The notes beneath the pieces were generated by a model. It was not told the DNA's origin, made no database searches, and saw only the letters and a list, made by a program, of their open reading frames with translations. A stretch of 64,000 nt of DNA from an uncultured archaeon. Its GTDB lineage: Archaea; Thermoproteota; EX4484-205; JAAOZP01. Numbering within the stretch: position 1 is the stretch's first letter; each line of letters starts with the position of its first letter. A program made the position numbers and the translations under genes. Of the stretch, positions 45,588 to 56,233 are shown piece after piece. Location: assembly GCA_938045545.1 (NCBI GenBank), contig CALIBN010000002.1, forward strand, positions 8,120 through 72,119, given 5' to 3'.

Positions 45588-46193
45588 TCACAACATATTC
45601 TTAACGAACTCCTTTATTTTCCTCTTGATCCCGGGACGAAGGACGTCCTCTCCAGTATTAACATTACCCACTACTATATGGCCGATATACTCCATCCTAT
45701 GATATTCGACAATCCTTCTATAAGCTTCGACAACCAAATCTGCTCCGTCGAATTCGTCCCCCGCCGCGGTCACGAGCAGGCCACATTTCTTCCCCTCGAG
45801 GAGCGAAGTGTAAGTGCCGTCCTCAGCGTACTTAGCCAGACAATAAGTCCGGTCGAGGAAGGCCTTCATTAACCATGAAAACGACCAGTCAAAAACCGGC
45901 GTAGCAAGCAGGATACAATCGGCCGAAAGCATCTTGGGAAACATCTCCTGCATGTCATCCTTAATGGCACAGCCTGGTTCATCCATGACCTTTTGACAGG
46001 CGAAGCATTCCACGCAACCAGAGATTTTCCTACCCATAAGATGGATGAGCTCCGTTTCATGCCCCCGTTTCCTCGCCTCTCGCAGAACTGCCTCCAGCAA
46101 GGTAGCGGTGTTCCCCTTCCTCCTAGGACTTCCGAGGAACCCGTAAATCCTCAGCTTCTTCGCGACCATGTTTTTAGCCCCTTCTCGACACAT
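45588..46193 (-). CDS. NADPH-dependent FMN reductase / iron-sulfur flavoprotein family
   Basis: LRIYGFLGSPRRKGNT flavodoxin-like start and CVECFAC cysteine motif. Confidence 0.6.
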   Translation of the reverse strand: MCREGAKNMVAKKLRIYGFLGSPRRKGNTATLLEAVLREARKRGHETELIHLMGRKISGCVECFACQKVMDEPGCAIKDDMQEMFPKMLSADCILLATPVFDWSFSWLMKAFLDRTYCLAKYAEDGTYTSLLEGKKCGLLVTAAGDEFDGADLVVEAYRRIVEYHRMEYIGHIVVGNVNTGEDVLRPGIKRKIKEFVKNML

Positions 46194-46408
46194 GTTAAAA
46201 GTTTTTAGCTTTCAGAAGCGTTCTGTGGTGTTAGGACATTTCATAACGGAGTTTAGAGATGATGAGACGAACTTGACAAACTCCCTGCCCAGAATTCCCC
46301 CGTAACGTGCGTAAGGACCGAAGGAAGGATTTCTAGCACGTGTTATTCCGTCTTGAAGAGGCACGGGATGCCATAGACTTGCCCGCCATACGACGTCTGC
46401 CCTGAGGT

Positions 46409-47416
46409 TCACCCATAGAACCACTCTATGGGGATGATCTTCAGCTTAAGGGAAAAATGCCTTCCCTCGCTGACGTAATATGTCAACAGGGCCTCCTCGC
46501 CGAAGAATGTGACGCTGGGATAGGCATACGTGTATCTTTCATCGATCTCTATATTTTTAACGTTTTCCCAGGTTTGACCCTCATCCCGCGATATGGCCAC
46601 TGTTAAGGGTACCCTTTGAGGTCCCTGTGTGTTATTCCAGACCAATAGGAGGTCGTTCGTCTCAGGTATCCTTTTCATCGTCTGAGGGGATTCCGGAGAC
46701 ACGACGTTCATCGGCTCTGGTCTGCTCCAAGTTTCCCCGAGGTCGTCTGAAAAAGACCTGTAGATGTAACCCAATGTGGTTCTAAACCACATTAGGAGCC
46801 TACCATCCTTCAGCTCAATTAAGCCCGGCTCATCTGCGGTAGCGTTGGGCAACGAGACATCCATCGCTGACTTGAACCACGTCCTTCCATTATCCTCGGA
46901 GTAGAAGCAAGAGGATACGAACTTGGGCGTTACCCAAGCGTTCAGGGCATAGGCCACCGGCAGCAGGATTCTCCCGCTGGATGTTTGGATCGCCCGATCG
47001 TTATTCGTGGTGAAGTATCCGGGATAAGCCTTTGCGATGGGCACGGGCTCACTCCAGGTTTTCGCCTCATCAAGGGATCTCCTCACGTAGGGATGACAAT
47101 CCGTCTCAGAATTCTTGACTGAAAAGAATAGGAGGATCTCGCCAGTTTTAAGCCTAAGGAAATCCGCTTCCATAACGTTCTCCACCCCAATATCCTCCTG
47201 TATCGTGAATGGTTCGGTCCACGTTCGTCCCCCATCCTTAGAAGTCTTCCCCGCAATCCTCGCCGGAGCCATGTCATGAGGACTATAATGGTAGAACTCT
47301 GTGTAGCCGAGGAGTAAAGTCCCGTCCCTCAACTCGATTATGTCTGCCTCAGTGTTCCTAGGATTTCTTTCAGTCGCCGGGCAAACAATGAGTTCATAGA
47401 TCTGCTCCCCATTCAT
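46409..47416 (-). CDS. BNR/Asp-box beta-propeller glycosidase (sialidase-like, GH33-like)
   Basis: Four Asp-box repeats SKDGGRTW, SEDNGRTW, SDDLGETW, SRDEGQTW. Confidence 0.8.
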   Translation of the reverse strand: MNGEQIYELIVCPATERNPRNTEADIIELRDGTLLLGYTEFYHYSPHDMAPARIAGKTSKDGGRTWTEPFTIQEDIGVENVMEADFLRLKTGEILLFFSVKNSETDCHPYVRRSLDEAKTWSEPVPIAKAYPGYFTTNNDRAIQTSSGRILLPVAYALNAWVTPKFVSSCFYSEDNGRTWFKSAMDVSLPNATADEPGLIELKDGRLLMWFRTTLGYIYRSFSDDLGETWSRPEPMNVVSPESPQTMKRIPETNDLLLVWNNTQGPQRVPLTVAISRDEGQTWENVKNIEIDERYTYAYPSVTFFGEEALLTYYVSEGRHFSLKLKIIPIEWFYG

Positions 47417-47517
47417 AGGATATCACCCATTTCCTCATTTCTTCTCATCTATATAAGATTTTAGAAACATGTGACTATCCAAACCTTTATATTTACCCTT
47501 TAACTCAAAAAGGTCAA

Positions 47518-48954
47518 ATGGGATCGAAACTAATCATTGTGGACGATTGGCCACAGCTGTTTATCGACGACATGCTGATGGAACATTGGAGCAATGTTTC
47601 GTTGAGGATAAACCCGCCGATGAAGGCCGGTCCAGTCCTACGCGCAGACAGGCTTTGGGAAAGCCATAGGGTTGGCGCTTATGGAACTGTGATGGAAGAC
47701 CAGGGGATTTACAAAATGTGGTATGATGCCATAGATTGGGACGGCAGGATCTTTCATTGCTATGCCATCTCAAGGGACGGCATCAGCTGGGAAAAGCCCA
47801 ACTTGGGCTTGGTCGAGTACCACGGTTCGAAAGATAATAACATCCTTCCCCTCCCGCCGTGCGGCACAGTCTTCATAGACCCGAAAGCCCCTAGGGAGAA
47901 GCGCTATAAGTATATCACATACGGCCATGGCAGTGAGGCAGGATATTTAAACGAGCATGGCGTACGGATTTGGTGGTCTGAAGATGGACTTAGATGGCTG
48001 CGGAATAAGGACTATGCGCTTCCGTTGATCTCGGATACGCAAACTCAGGCGTTTTGGGACGATAAGATCAATAAATACGTCGCCTACTTGCGCGCTTGGA
48101 ATCCATTGAGATGTGTAGCGAGAGTGGAGGTCGAGGACATACTCAAGCCATTTCCGTACGAGCCCCGAAGGGATGTTCAGTATGGTCCAGTGAGCGCGCG
48201 AGAGAATTGCATAACCACCGAATTGCCCATAACATTCAAGTACGACGATGAAGATCCGAAGGATTCGGACCATTATAATCCATGCGTGATAAAATATCGG
48301 TATGCAAAGGACGTATACTTCATGTTTCCAAGCGCATATTTACACTATCCGGAGCCCCCGGTGGGTAAACGTCACAACGATGGGCCGCTGGAGATCCAAA
48401 TAGCTACGAGCAGGGATGGGATACATTGGAACAGGCTCGATAGGGAGCCCTACGTGAGGCTGGGAAGGACGGGCGAGCCCGATAGCGGAATGATGTATAT
48501 GCTTATCGGGATGATCCATAAGGCTGACGAAATATGGATGTACTATGCGGGCTATGACTATACCCACGGTTGCTACGACCTCAGCTCTATGAAGTATACG
48601 GGTGCCATCTTCAGGGTCGTTCAAAGGCTCGACGGATTTGTGTCGATAGACGCAGGATATAAAGGAGGCGAGTTCACAACGAAACCTTTATTATTCAAGG
48701 GACGTAGGCTCCTGCTTAACGTGGATACCTCCGCAACGGGTGGGGTAAGGGTGGAGATCCAGGACGAGGATGGAAGGCCATTAAATAAGTTCAATCTGGA
48801 CGATTGCGATGAGATCCATGCTAACGATTGTCATAAAGTCGTGACATGGAATGGAGTTTCCGACGTATCCAGCTTAGCCGGTACTCCCATCAGGCTCCGC
48901 TTCTCGATGAAGAAGGCCAAGCTCTATTCCTTCCGCTTTTCTGAGCGACTTTAA
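47518..48954 (+). CDS. five-bladed beta-propeller glycoside-hydrolase-like protein (GH43/GH130 superfamily-like)
   Basis: …YGTVMEDQGIYKMWYDAI…YAISRDGISWEKP… first-blade pattern. Confidence 0.45.
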   Translation: MGSKLIIVDDWPQLFIDDMLMEHWSNVSLRINPPMKAGPVLRADRLWESHRVGAYGTVMEDQGIYKMWYDAIDWDGRIFHCYAISRDGISWEKPNLGLVEYHGSKDNNILPLPPCGTVFIDPKAPREKRYKYITYGHGSEAGYLNEHGVRIWWSEDGLRWLRNKDYALPLISDTQTQAFWDDKINKYVAYLRAWNPLRCVARVEVEDILKPFPYEPRRDVQYGPVSARENCITTELPITFKYDDEDPKDSDHYNPCVIKYRYAKDVYFMFPSAYLHYPEPPVGKRHNDGPLEIQIATSRDGIHWNRLDREPYVRLGRTGEPDSGMMYMLIGMIHKADEIWMYYAGYDYTHGCYDLSSMKYTGAIFRVVQRLDGFVSIDAGYKGGEFTTKPLLFKGRRLLLNVDTSATGGVRVEIQDEDGRPLNKFNLDDCDEIHANDCHKVVTWNGVSDVSSLAGTPIRLRFSMKKAKLYSFRFSERL

Positions 48955-49059
48955 AATTTCAGAGGGATATTTCAATAAAGCGATGGTCTGTAGGACTTAA
49001 AGCTGTATCTGGAAACCTGTAAAAGTTTTTAAAGTCTTTATACCGGAGTCCGAAGGCAA

Positions 49060-49824
49060 ATGAACAATTTTAAGGAAAGGATGAGGAGTGGAGAGATACT
49101 ATTAGGTACGGCAATAGAGACTCCGGAGCCGGATGTCGCGGAGCTCATGGGCATTCTGGGTTTCGACTGGTTCTGGATAGACATGGAGCATTGTCCCCTT
49201 GACGTCAAAGATGTCCAGACGATACTTCAGGCCATGGGTAGGTCTGAAACCGCAACCCTAGTCAGAGTCCCTTGGAATGACCCCGTTTACATAAAGAGGG
49301 CCCTCGACCTTGGGCCTACTGGAATCATAGTTCCCTGGGTTAACAGCGAGGAGGAAGCCAAAAAAGCGGTAATGGCCTGTAGGTATCCCCCGGAGGGGAT
49401 TAGGGGCTGCGGCCCGAGGAGGCCAGTGTGGTACAAAGATTTCACTGAATACGTTAGGGAAGCCAACGAAAACGTGGTAGTTGTCGTCCAAATAGAGACA
49501 AAAGATGCCATAAGGAACCTGAGGGAGATAATCTCCGTCCCGGGCGTGGACGGCACGATGGTTGGACCAGGAGACCTGTCCGCTTCCTTAGGCCACTTGG
49601 GCTATCCAAATGATCCAGAGGTCCTAAGCGCGATAAAGACCATAGTCGATGCGCATAAGGGAACAACGGTATGTCCTGGAATGGCGTCTAATCCTGTGGA
49701 TGCGGAGAAGCATATAGAGATGGGTTTCAGGCTGGTGAATGTGGGAAGCGATTTAGGTTTCATGAGGACTGCGGCTACGGAAACCTTAAGTAGATTAAGG
49801 AATTATCTGAAAGAAAGCCGTTGA
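49060..49824 (+). CDS. HpcH/HpaI family 2-keto-3-deoxy-sugar-acid aldolase (KDR aldolase-like)
   Basis: …FDWFWIDMEHCP… and …GIRGCGPRRP… blocks of class II HpcH/HpaI/RhmA aldolases. Confidence 0.8.
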   Translation: MNNFKERMRSGEILLGTAIETPEPDVAELMGILGFDWFWIDMEHCPLDVKDVQTILQAMGRSETATLVRVPWNDPVYIKRALDLGPTGIIVPWVNSEEEAKKAVMACRYPPEGIRGCGPRRPVWYKDFTEYVREANENVVVVVQIETKDAIRNLREIISVPGVDGTMVGPGDLSASLGHLGYPNDPEVLSAIKTIVDAHKGTTVCPGMASNPVDAEKHIEMGFRLVNVGSDLGFMRTAATETLSRLRNYLKESR

Positions 49825-49867
49825 CTCGGGTTAAGTATGTAAGCATAACTCGATTGTTTAGCGGTGC

Positions 49868-50989
49868 ATGGATATGAAAAGAGAAGTCGCCATTTTATCC
49901 CTAGTCACATATTTCCTGTTTTTGGGAGCCGGTTCATCACAAATGTTTCTAATTCCTTATCTTAACCGCACGTTTTCCAACGTGCTGAATTCGCTGGTTT
50001 TGGCAGTGGTATACATGTCCATAATTTTAGGGATCCTTCTTCTGAACGTTCCCTCTAAAGGGAGGCACTTAAAAAATATGCTCGTCTTTGGCGTAACCGG
50101 ATATGTTGTTTTTCCCTTCCTCGTATTCTTAACGAAAGAGTACATATTGCTCATCACATCCTCGATATACTGGGGAGTAACTGTGGCATTCTTTTGGATC
50201 TCGACCCTTTTCATCGTACTGAACATTTCTGACGAAAAGGAATCTGGAACAAGCTCAGGCACGATTTTCTTCGGAGCATGGCTCGGGACGTTCTTCGGGA
50301 CAAACCTACTCGGTCTGGTTCAAAAAACATATGGTTATGACCTTGTCTTCCCAGCGGCTGCCTTTTTAAGCATGTTAGCATTCCTTCCTATCTACTTTCT
50401 GCCCCCTAGTATAGAAGAGGTCTCGAAAAAAGTCAAGCTCAAGGATTTACTTGTCATGGGTGGAAGTAAAATAGTGACGTTCTTTTATTTTTTGAGCTGC
50501 TTTGGATATGGCATTCTCATAGGCTCCGTAAGCTGTGTCGTGTCCTCAACTCTAGGTCCCTCTATGATAGGACCCATCTTAAGTGGGTACTCCTTGATCT
50601 CGGCCCTGTTCAGCATCTACGGAGGGAAGGTCTCTGACCTCATAGGAAGAAAGAAGACGTTCATAATCGCGTTCTTCCTGGGAGCCCTTGGCCTCTTTCT
50701 AGGCTCCATCTCCATGAACCCAGTAACTCTCATAATCCTTTGTATCCTAGTAGGGTTTCAAGGGAGCGCAGCACCCGTTAACGCTTTCGGCTGGATAGGG
50801 GATAAGACGAGGGAAAGCGGAAGATTGTCGAGCATATGCTCAAGCTTCGTATGGAATTCCATTGGTGTCACCTCTTCTCTCCTCCTTTCGTCAACCATCT
50901 ATGAATTTTCAGGAAGCTATCAGACAGTGTTTTTCTTATTCGGAATTCTTTCCTTATTTTGCAGCATACTTGCCCACTTTTTAAAATAG
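49868..50989 (+). CDS. MFS transporter
   Basis: 12 predicted TM helices in two 6-helix halves. Confidence 0.75.
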   Translation: MDMKREVAILSLVTYFLFLGAGSSQMFLIPYLNRTFSNVLNSLVLAVVYMSIILGILLLNVPSKGRHLKNMLVFGVTGYVVFPFLVFLTKEYILLITSSIYWGVTVAFFWISTLFIVLNISDEKESGTSSGTIFFGAWLGTFFGTNLLGLVQKTYGYDLVFPAAAFLSMLAFLPIYFLPPSIEEVSKKVKLKDLLVMGGSKIVTFFYFLSCFGYGILIGSVSCVVSSTLGPSMIGPILSGYSLISALFSIYGGKVSDLIGRKKTFIIAFFLGALGLFLGSISMNPVTLIILCILVGFQGSAAPVNAFGWIGDKTRESGRLSSICSSFVWNSIGVTSSLLLSSTIYEFSGSYQTVFFLFGILSLFCSILAHFLK

Positions 50990-51154
50990 ACGGAGACGAG
51001 ATCACTAACGTCAAGGGTTAGCAGTTAAACCTTTTCTTAAGTTTCCGCTCTTCGTAGAGCGAGAAGTAACGCTCAGCTTTCTAACCGATATTAACACATC
51101 CCGTTTCTTCACATTGAAAAACTTTTTATTCACCTGAAAAATAAGGAAAGCTTC

Positions 51155-52312
51155 ATGGAACCTTTGACACCGAGAGAACGGTTTCTCCGAGTGGCCTTAT
51201 TTAAGAACCCCGATAAGATACCATTATGGAGCGTGGGGAGCGCTAGGCCCGCTACGCTGAAAAACTGGATTAAGCAGGGGTTGCCGGAAAACGTGGATCT
51301 GGCTAAATACCTTGGTGTTAAGGGCTGCGAGGTTGGAGCTGTCGACATAGCATCCTACCCGGGTGAAGGATTTGAGTGGAAACCAGATCCGAATTTGATC
51401 AACCTAGGGCCGGAGCCAGCATTCGAACACAGGATAATAAAAGAGGACGAGAGACATAGGGTTTGGGTCGACAGCCTAGGGATAACACAGATAGGGTTTC
51501 AGGAAGATTGGAAAAATGGATGGAGCGGTTTCGCAACTAGAAGTTGGGTCGATTTCCCTGTGAAGAATCGTGAGGACTTCTTAAAGATGAAGAAACGTTA
51601 TGACCCCAAGGACCCGGAGAGATACCCCAAGAACTGGGACCAGTTAGTTAGGAAATATAGGGAAAGGGATTATCCCCTATGCGTAACGATTAGAGGACCG
51701 TTCTGGTGGGCTAGGGATATGGTCGGCCTAAAGGGAATTGCCTTGGGAATACATAAGGAGCCCAGCCTCATCAAGGAGATCATGGATTTCTGCGCTGAGT
51801 TTCAAATCCAAGCCCTGCATAGGGCTTTGGATGATGTGGAACTGGACTTCGTGATTTTAAGTGAAGACATGGCTTACAAGAACGGCCCAATGATAGGGCC
51901 CAAAGCTGTGGAGGAGTTCATGAGCACGGCATATCGCGAGATAGCTAGGTTCTTCAGGGAACACGGCGTGAAGGTTCTAATTGTGGATAGCGATGGGAAC
52001 GTGGAACAGATTATACCAATCTGGCTTAAGCTCGGCTTAAATGGCGTAACACCGTGTGAAGTGGCAGCAGGCATGGATGTGATTAAGCTCGGAGAGAATT
52101 ACCCTGACTTAATAATGATAGGCGGGATAGATAAGAGGGAGCTTGCCAAGGGTAAGGATTCGGTGGAAAAGGAGGTTGACCACAAGGTTCCTCCGCTTGT
52201 AAGGAGGAAAGGGTATTTCCCGGGCGTCGACCATGCCGTACCCGCTGACGTGCCTCTTGAAAACTACAGATATTTTGTTTCGCTTTTAAAGAAACATTGC
52301 GGATGGGAATGA
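51155..52312 (+). CDS. uroporphyrinogen decarboxylase (URO-D)/MtaA-like family protein, second paralog
   Basis: 385 aa, URO-D fold pattern. Confidence 0.6.
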   Translation: MEPLTPRERFLRVALFKNPDKIPLWSVGSARPATLKNWIKQGLPENVDLAKYLGVKGCEVGAVDIASYPGEGFEWKPDPNLINLGPEPAFEHRIIKEDERHRVWVDSLGITQIGFQEDWKNGWSGFATRSWVDFPVKNREDFLKMKKRYDPKDPERYPKNWDQLVRKYRERDYPLCVTIRGPFWWARDMVGLKGIALGIHKEPSLIKEIMDFCAEFQIQALHRALDDVELDFVILSEDMAYKNGPMIGPKAVEEFMSTAYREIARFFREHGVKVLIVDSDGNVEQIIPIWLKLGLNGVTPCEVAAGMDVIKLGENYPDLIMIGGIDKRELAKGKDSVEKEVDHKVPPLVRRKGYFPGVDHAVPADVPLENYRYFVSLLKKHCGWE

Positions 52313-52321
52313 TTAGCCGAG

Positions 52322-53707
52322 TTAAAGGTAGGCGCCCTGTTGAATTAATGTTTCTCTAAGCTCTTTCCCATCAAGTTGCCTAGGCCTTAAACCCTTTTTA
52401 ACGCATAGGGCAGCAGCAACCCCTGCTGCCTGGCCTATTGCCCTCATGTTAGGCTGGATCCTTACCGCAGCGTGAGCTTCGAAGGAAGCTGAAAGAGCCC
52501 TGCATGCAACAATCAAGTTTTCAACCCTCAATGGTATCAGTGATCTGAAAGGTATTTCATGGTACTCCTCAGGGCCTAGTTTTTCTCTCGCTGGCAGATG
52601 TCTGGTTGGCAGATGTATGTCAATCGGATACCTGTTTCTTGAAACAGCGTCTTCAAACTTCTTGGCGCTAAAATAATCCTGCGCGGAAAGAACATACTCG
52701 CCGATTATTCTTCGAGACTCCCTTACACCGACCATCTGAGCAGTCATGGCCAAGTAGGAGTTTTCGAAACCAGGTATTTTCTTCCTTAGGAACTTGAAAA
52801 GCCTGCTTATTCTCCTCCTACCCTGTATCGCTGCCTCCGTGAGATGATCCGCGTTAAATCCCTTGAAGTTGCCGATTATTCTTGGACAGTTGAACGCGAT
52901 GACCCCCGGCATCCCAGGTACGCTGAACGCTTGAAAATAAGCTATGTCCGAATCCTCCAGAATACCTTCTTCAACACCCTCGTTGAAGTATTTTTCAAGT
53001 GGCCATCCTCCACCCGGGACCATTGCGAACTCTATGAGCGGCGGGTCGACATAGCTCCTGCTGTCATTTTCAACAAGGAAAACAGCGAGTTTTTCGATGT
53101 TAACATTTCCCACCATGAATCTTAGTGACATCGGCTGGCTAACACCGTCCTCCTTTCTCCCGGATTCGAAGGGGACCCCTGCGAGTGCAGCAACATCCCC
53201 GTCGCCAGTGGAGTCAACGACAATCTTCGAGAAAACGGCCTGTCTACCAGACTTGTTCGCTATCACTATTCCCCTTAGTTCATCAGCATCCATTATAACG
53301 TCCTCTACAAACGTGAAATAGAGAACCCTCCCACCAGCTTCCAGAACCATTTCCTCCAACACGAATTTTAAGGCCTCCGGGTTAAACCAACCATCATTAC
53401 CATTTTTATCTATGGCAGCGCAACCCATTTCTAGAAGACGCTGCTGTATCTCCCGGCTTATCCCCCTGACAAGCGGCGTCCCCCCTACATGGTTCGGCAT
53501 CATCGGCACCACGAGCGCCGCCGACCCGCTTCCACCTAGAAAGCCGAATTGCTCGACCAAAAGGGTTTTAACACCGTTTCTCGCAGCAGCTATTGCAGCC
53601 ACAGCTCCGGCAGTACCACCACCTGCCACAACCACGTCGAAACACCCATAGGTATTAAGCCGTCTAGCTTCCTCTAGTTTCATCTTTACCCGGTAAGCGT
53701 AAAGCAT
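52322..53707 (-). CDS. FAD-dependent oxidoreductase (FAD_oxidored/pfam12831-like)
   Basis: DVVVAGGGTAGAVAAIAAARNG dinucleotide-binding motif. Confidence 0.75.
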   Translation of the reverse strand: MLYAYRVKMKLEEARRLNTYGCFDVVVAGGGTAGAVAAIAAARNGVKTLLVEQFGFLGGSGSAALVVPMMPNHVGGTPLVRGISREIQQRLLEMGCAAIDKNGNDGWFNPEALKFVLEEMVLEAGGRVLYFTFVEDVIMDADELRGIVIANKSGRQAVFSKIVVDSTGDGDVAALAGVPFESGRKEDGVSQPMSLRFMVGNVNIEKLAVFLVENDSRSYVDPPLIEFAMVPGGGWPLEKYFNEGVEEGILEDSDIAYFQAFSVPGMPGVIAFNCPRIIGNFKGFNADHLTEAAIQGRRRISRLFKFLRKKIPGFENSYLAMTAQMVGVRESRRIIGEYVLSAQDYFSAKKFEDAVSRNRYPIDIHLPTRHLPAREKLGPEEYHEIPFRSLIPLRVENLIVACRALSASFEAHAAVRIQPNMRAIGQAAGVAAALCVKKGLRPRQLDGKELRETLIQQGAYL

Positions 53708-53763
53708 ATTTTAATCTAACTCGTCCATGGGCTGCTGATAGACACTTGCAAGACCAGAGGTAT

Positions 53764-54843
53764 TTAGAACCTTGAAAACGCCTCTTTCACCGCATCCTTC
53801 AACTCAGGATGTTGCAACGGGTAAAGGAAGAAGCAAACCCCGTTGGAGCCTTTTTCTAACGCTACGTTCACCGCTTCCTCCACATCCCTTCCGCTCCTTA
53901 GGAATTCAAACTGTATTCCAGCGACTATCATTTTGCCGCAGGAAACACCTTCCATGACTGCTTCGCCAATCCACCTTATATTTTTCCCATAGTATTCATG
54001 GTATATCATTGGTTCGAAACTGTCAAGTGGCCATTCGCACCACTTTTGAAAAACGATCCTGTAAGCATAACCCGGAGTTGCGAAAACAGCGGCTGAAGTC
54101 TCAATAGTATTATCATATTTTTTCACAGTCCTATGGAAGTTTTTAACTATTTCAGTAATCCTTTCAGCTCTCCATGCATGCCATTCATACCATTTTCTCG
54201 ATCCGAACCTGATTTCGAAAGGATCTATGCCAAAATCTTTTTTAAACCCGTTTCTACATTTTTCACAGTAGCAGAAGTCGAACTTCTCCCGGTAGACATC
54301 TATCTCCCTTTCCAACCCATATCTTTCTCTTAATCCTTCTGGAAGGAAAAGATCCGGAAGCCTAATATAGTCTAAATGAACCCCATCCAAGTCATAAATC
54401 CCCATGAGCTCCTGAATCATTCCAATGAAGAAGCTTTTAACATCATCGTTCGACGGGCAAAGCCATTTATAGCTTTCTACATAAGGCGGGTTATCAACAC
54501 AGCTCTTCCCCTCCCTGCTGACTACAAACCAGTCTTTACTCTTAGCAGCCAGCTCCGCGTTGGGCTTGTTTAAAGCAACCACCCAAGCATGAACCTTTAA
54601 TCCACTTCTCTTCGCCTCCCTTATAATGTCTCCTATCAAGCTCCTTTCAGCAGCTCCTTTTGCAACAACTGAAAACTTGGCCGGGTAGAGTGCCCCCTCA
54701 CCATCTATGCTTAGCAGAAAAATCTCGTCTGCACCCATTTCCACAATCTCTCTAACATGTTTCTCAGGATTTTGAGCAATAGGCCTCGGATTCACCCAGA
54801 ACGCCTTTTTATAACCGCTCGCCATAGCTACTGCCTCAAACAA
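53764..54843 (-). CDS. glycoside hydrolase-like family 10 (GHL10/DUF4015-type) protein
   Basis: …GLKVHAWVV…, …LDGVHLDYIR… TIM-barrel pattern of GHL10. Confidence 0.55.
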   Translation of the reverse strand: MFEAVAMASGYKKAFWVNPRPIAQNPEKHVREIVEMGADEIFLLSIDGEGALYPAKFSVVAKGAAERSLIGDIIREAKRSGLKVHAWVVALNKPNAELAAKSKDWFVVSREGKSCVDNPPYVESYKWLCPSNDDVKSFFIGMIQELMGIYDLDGVHLDYIRLPDLFLPEGLRERYGLEREIDVYREKFDFCYCEKCRNGFKKDFGIDPFEIRFGSRKWYEWHAWRAERITEIVKNFHRTVKKYDNTIETSAAVFATPGYAYRIVFQKWCEWPLDSFEPMIYHEYYGKNIRWIGEAVMEGVSCGKMIVAGIQFEFLRSGRDVEEAVNVALEKGSNGVCFFLYPLQHPELKDAVKEAFSRF

Positions 54844-54972
54844 CGTTTTTATAAACCTTTATCGGTAGTTGAAAAGGATGCCCTGCAAAAACCCTGTTTA
54901 AACATTTCTAACGGTATTTCATGTGAAAACCGTTTTTACCAGTAACCCATTTTTTTAAATACGAGGTTTTAG

Positions 54973-55710
54973 TTGTTTAGGCAAGCAGAATTGGGGAACA
55001 AGAAAATATCCGTAGTGGTGCCAACGTTCAACGAGGAGAAGTATGTTGAAAAGCTACTCACGACGCTAAGTTGGCAAACAATACCTAGGACGGAATATGA
55101 GATCATTATTGTAGACGGGGGAAGCGTGGACAGAACCTTAGAGATATGCAGAAAGTATGCTGATAAAATAGTGATACAGGAGACCCCTACGGTTGGAGGA
55201 GCGAGGAACGATGGAGTGAAAAATGCAGAGGCAGACCTAGTTTTCACAACTGATGCAGACTGCATGGTCACGCACAACCTGCTTGAGAGAGTAATACGCG
55301 ATTTTAAAGCCTATCCGGATGTCGTGATGGTGTACGGCGTGGTGACCCCCATAGAAAGGAGTTTTAAAAACACTTTCCTAATAGAGTTAAACAATGTTTT
55401 CGTTAAAATCCTTTACAGGTTTAAGATATACCTGAGTGTAGGTGCCAACACTGCCTTTAGAAAGAAGCCCTTCATAATTATGAGGGGTTTTCCGGCAGTA
55501 GGGGCTGGGGACGACTATGGGCTTCAATTCAGAATGAGGAAGATTGGGAGAATAATGTTTGATGGAGGACTCAGAGTATACTTCTCCATGAGAAGGTACG
55601 AAAAGTATGGTTTTGGCAGAAGCTTTTACGAATGGCTTTATAACGTTTTCAGCGAACTCCTCAAAAGAAGGGTTCCACCCGAAAAAAGATACTATAGAAA
55701 ACTATATTAA
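54973..55710 (+). CDS. glycosyltransferase family 2
   Basis: ISVVVPTFNEE, IIVDGGS, TDADC (DxD) motifs. Confidence 0.8.
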   Translation: MFRQAELGNKKISVVVPTFNEEKYVEKLLTTLSWQTIPRTEYEIIIVDGGSVDRTLEICRKYADKIVIQETPTVGGARNDGVKNAEADLVFTTDADCMVTHNLLERVIRDFKAYPDVVMVYGVVTPIERSFKNTFLIELNNVFVKILYRFKIYLSVGANTAFRKKPFIIMRGFPAVGAGDDYGLQFRMRKIGRIMFDGGLRVYFSMRRYEKYGFGRSFYEWLYNVFSELLKRRVPPEKRYYRKLY

Positions 55711-55847
55711 TTTTTCATGAAATCTTATATTGAAAACAGGATGAAAAAATAGGGAGCTTCTTTTAAAGTTGGAAACAGTAAACGATGGATTGATCTTAAA
55801 GGGCATTCGACTTAGAACACCGCATACTCTTAGAAAGCTTTTTAACC

Positions 55848-56225
55848 ATGCGCGTTAAAAGTTCTAACATGCTACCGGTGGATGTTCCAGTAATCCTCTT
55901 CAGCACTACGCAGTCCATAACACTATTCTGGGCAATGGATAAGGCTACCAGAATAGTTCTAAACAGGGTTAAAACCAAGAATTACGCGTTCTCAGTAAGG
56001 GGGCTTAGAATCCACCACTGGCTGATCGGCGCAATAGTTGCTGCACTCGGCCTATTAGTCTTTTCAGCCCAAAATCTAGTGATACTCATATATGAGACAA
56101 GCCTTAGCAGCATCCCCTGGAAGCTTGGTTCAAGCACTGTAACCGTGGGATTCAGGATTTTCCTAGATGATTTAAAGGATTTGAAAAGGCAGTTTAAGAG
56201 CTTAATCAGGATGGTAAAAAGATAA
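55848..56225 (+). CDS. hypothetical small protein with one predicted TM helix
   Basis: ORF only; HHWLIGAIVAALGLLVF hydrophobic segment. Confidence 0.3.
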   Translation: MRVKSSNMLPVDVPVILFSTTQSITLFWAMDKATRIVLNRVKTKNYAFSVRGLRIHHWLIGAIVAALGLLVFSAQNLVILIYETSLSSIPWKLGSSTVTVGFRIFLDDLKDLKRQFKSLIRMVKR

Positions 56226-56233
56226 ATCGGACT

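Noticed and set aside
51047-51062. Short hairpin CGCTC-TTCGTA-GAGCG ~60 bp after the MFS transporter stop
   Set aside because: Only a 5-bp stem with no flanking oligo-T run. It is too weak to call a terminator.
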